Origin: Euglena gracilis
Lineage: Eukaryota
Assembly: GCA_039621445.1 (NCBI GenBank)
Contig: CP154954.1
Location: 34,321,737 to 34,385,736, forward strand
Length of the DNA stretch: 64,000 nucleotides
Reading direction: 5' to 3'
In this document: positions 62,901-64,000 of the stretch, piece after piece
How positions within the stretch are numbered: the stretch's first letter is position 1
Layout: every line of letters starts with the position of its first letter
The notes under the pieces: generated by a model
The model's database searches: none
What the model was told of the DNA's origin: nothing
Seen by the model: the letters and a program-made list of their open reading frames with translations, nothing else
Position numbers and translations under genes: made by a program

Positions 62901-64000
62901 CGTTGGTTTCATGATTGTCGTGGTTTAATGGTCAGAAAAACATGCAGCGTGAGTGTTGGTTGCAAGACATGAGCACATTTAGATGGGTGCATTCGACCAT
63001 TCCGGGGGACATTTACCAGGTCAGCCCAGGTTACCATGTAAAATGGACCCAATTGGGCCTTACTTCGAGTAACCGAATGGGTGTTCCAGGAGGTCTCCAA
63101 AGTCAGGGGACCCGTTGGTTTCATGATTGTCGTGGTTTAATGGAGGAAAAACATGCAGCGTGAATGTTGGTTGCAAGACATGAGCACATTTAGATGGGTG
63201 CATTCGACCATTCCAGGGGACATTTACCAGATGAGCCCAGCTTACCATGTAAAAATGGACCCAATTGGGCCTTACTCCGAGAAACCGAATGGGTGTTCCA
63301 GGAGGCCTCCAAAGTCAGGGGACCCGTTGGTTTCATGATTGTTGTGGTTTACTGGAAGAAAAACATGCAGTGGGAATGTTGGTTGCCAGATATGAGCAAA
63401 TTTAGATGGGTGCCTTCGACCATTCCGGGGGACATTTACCAGGTCAGCCCAGGTTACCATGTAAACATGGACCAAAACGGGCCTTACTCCGAGTAACCAA
63501 ATGGGTGTTCCAGGAGGCCTCCAAAGTCAGGGGACCTGTTGGATTCATGATTTTCGAGATTTAATGGTAAGAAAAACATGCAGCGGGAATGTTGGTTGCA
63601 AGAAATCAGCACATTTAGATGGGTGCATTCGACCATTCCGGGGGACGTTTACCAGATGAGCCCAGGTTACCGTGTAAAAATGGACCAAAATGAGCCTTAC
63701 TCCGAGTAACCGAATGGGTGTTCCAGGAGGCCTCCAAAGTCAGGGACCCGTTGGTTTCATGATTGCCGTGGTTTAATGGTAAGAAAAACATGCAGCGGGA
63801 ATGTTGATTGCAAGAAATGAGCACGTTTAGATGGGTGCATTCGAACATTCCGGGGGACATTTACCAGATGAGCCCAGGTTACCATGTAAAAATGGACCAA
63901 ATTGGGCCTTACTCCGAGTATCTGAACGGGTGTTCCAGGAGGCCTCCAAAGTCAGGGAACCCGTTGGTTTCATGATTGTCGTGGTTTAATGGTAAGAAAA
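59972..64000 (-). repeat. Reverse-oriented homogeneous 213-bp satellite array (~19 monomers, runs off window)
   Basis: Reverse complement of the main monomer, with variants CCAAAACGGGCC and GGAGGTCTCC. Confidence 0.97.

Overview
Eukaryotic, repeat-dense, heterochromatin-like window. A ~213-bp tandem satellite occupies 1-14301 (with a local inversion and two unique inserts) and 58765-64000 (a diverged forward block, then a polarity switch to a homogeneous reverse block). Between the arrays is a ~44-kb island of nested mobile elements: (i) a nest of short non-autonomous DNA transposons, several hAT-like with 8-bp TSDs; (ii) two spliced 3' exons of a host gene with a Pro/Gly/Met tail (SmB-like); (iii) a structurally complete DIRS1-type retrotransposon (ITRs, ICR, RT, RNase H, Dam-like MTase, tyrosine recombinase); (iv) a decayed LTR-type element with what looks like a C5 cytosine methyltransferase after its protease; (v) a Ty3/gypsy chromodomain element with a Dam-like adenine MTase between protease and RT, with a younger pol-less relative (419-bp LTRs, 5-bp TSD) inserted in its RNase H; (vi) a ~1200-codon orphan ORF tied by 3'-UTR homology to that gypsy family. 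Best candidate for an undescribed system: a gypsy lineage combining a Dam-like MTase, a chromodomain, a large extra ORF3, TG...CT LTR ends and a doubled tRNAiMet PBS, lying beside two other methyltransferase-carrying retroelements. All domain calls are by-eye motif recognition; no searches were run, and most ORFs are frameshifted.
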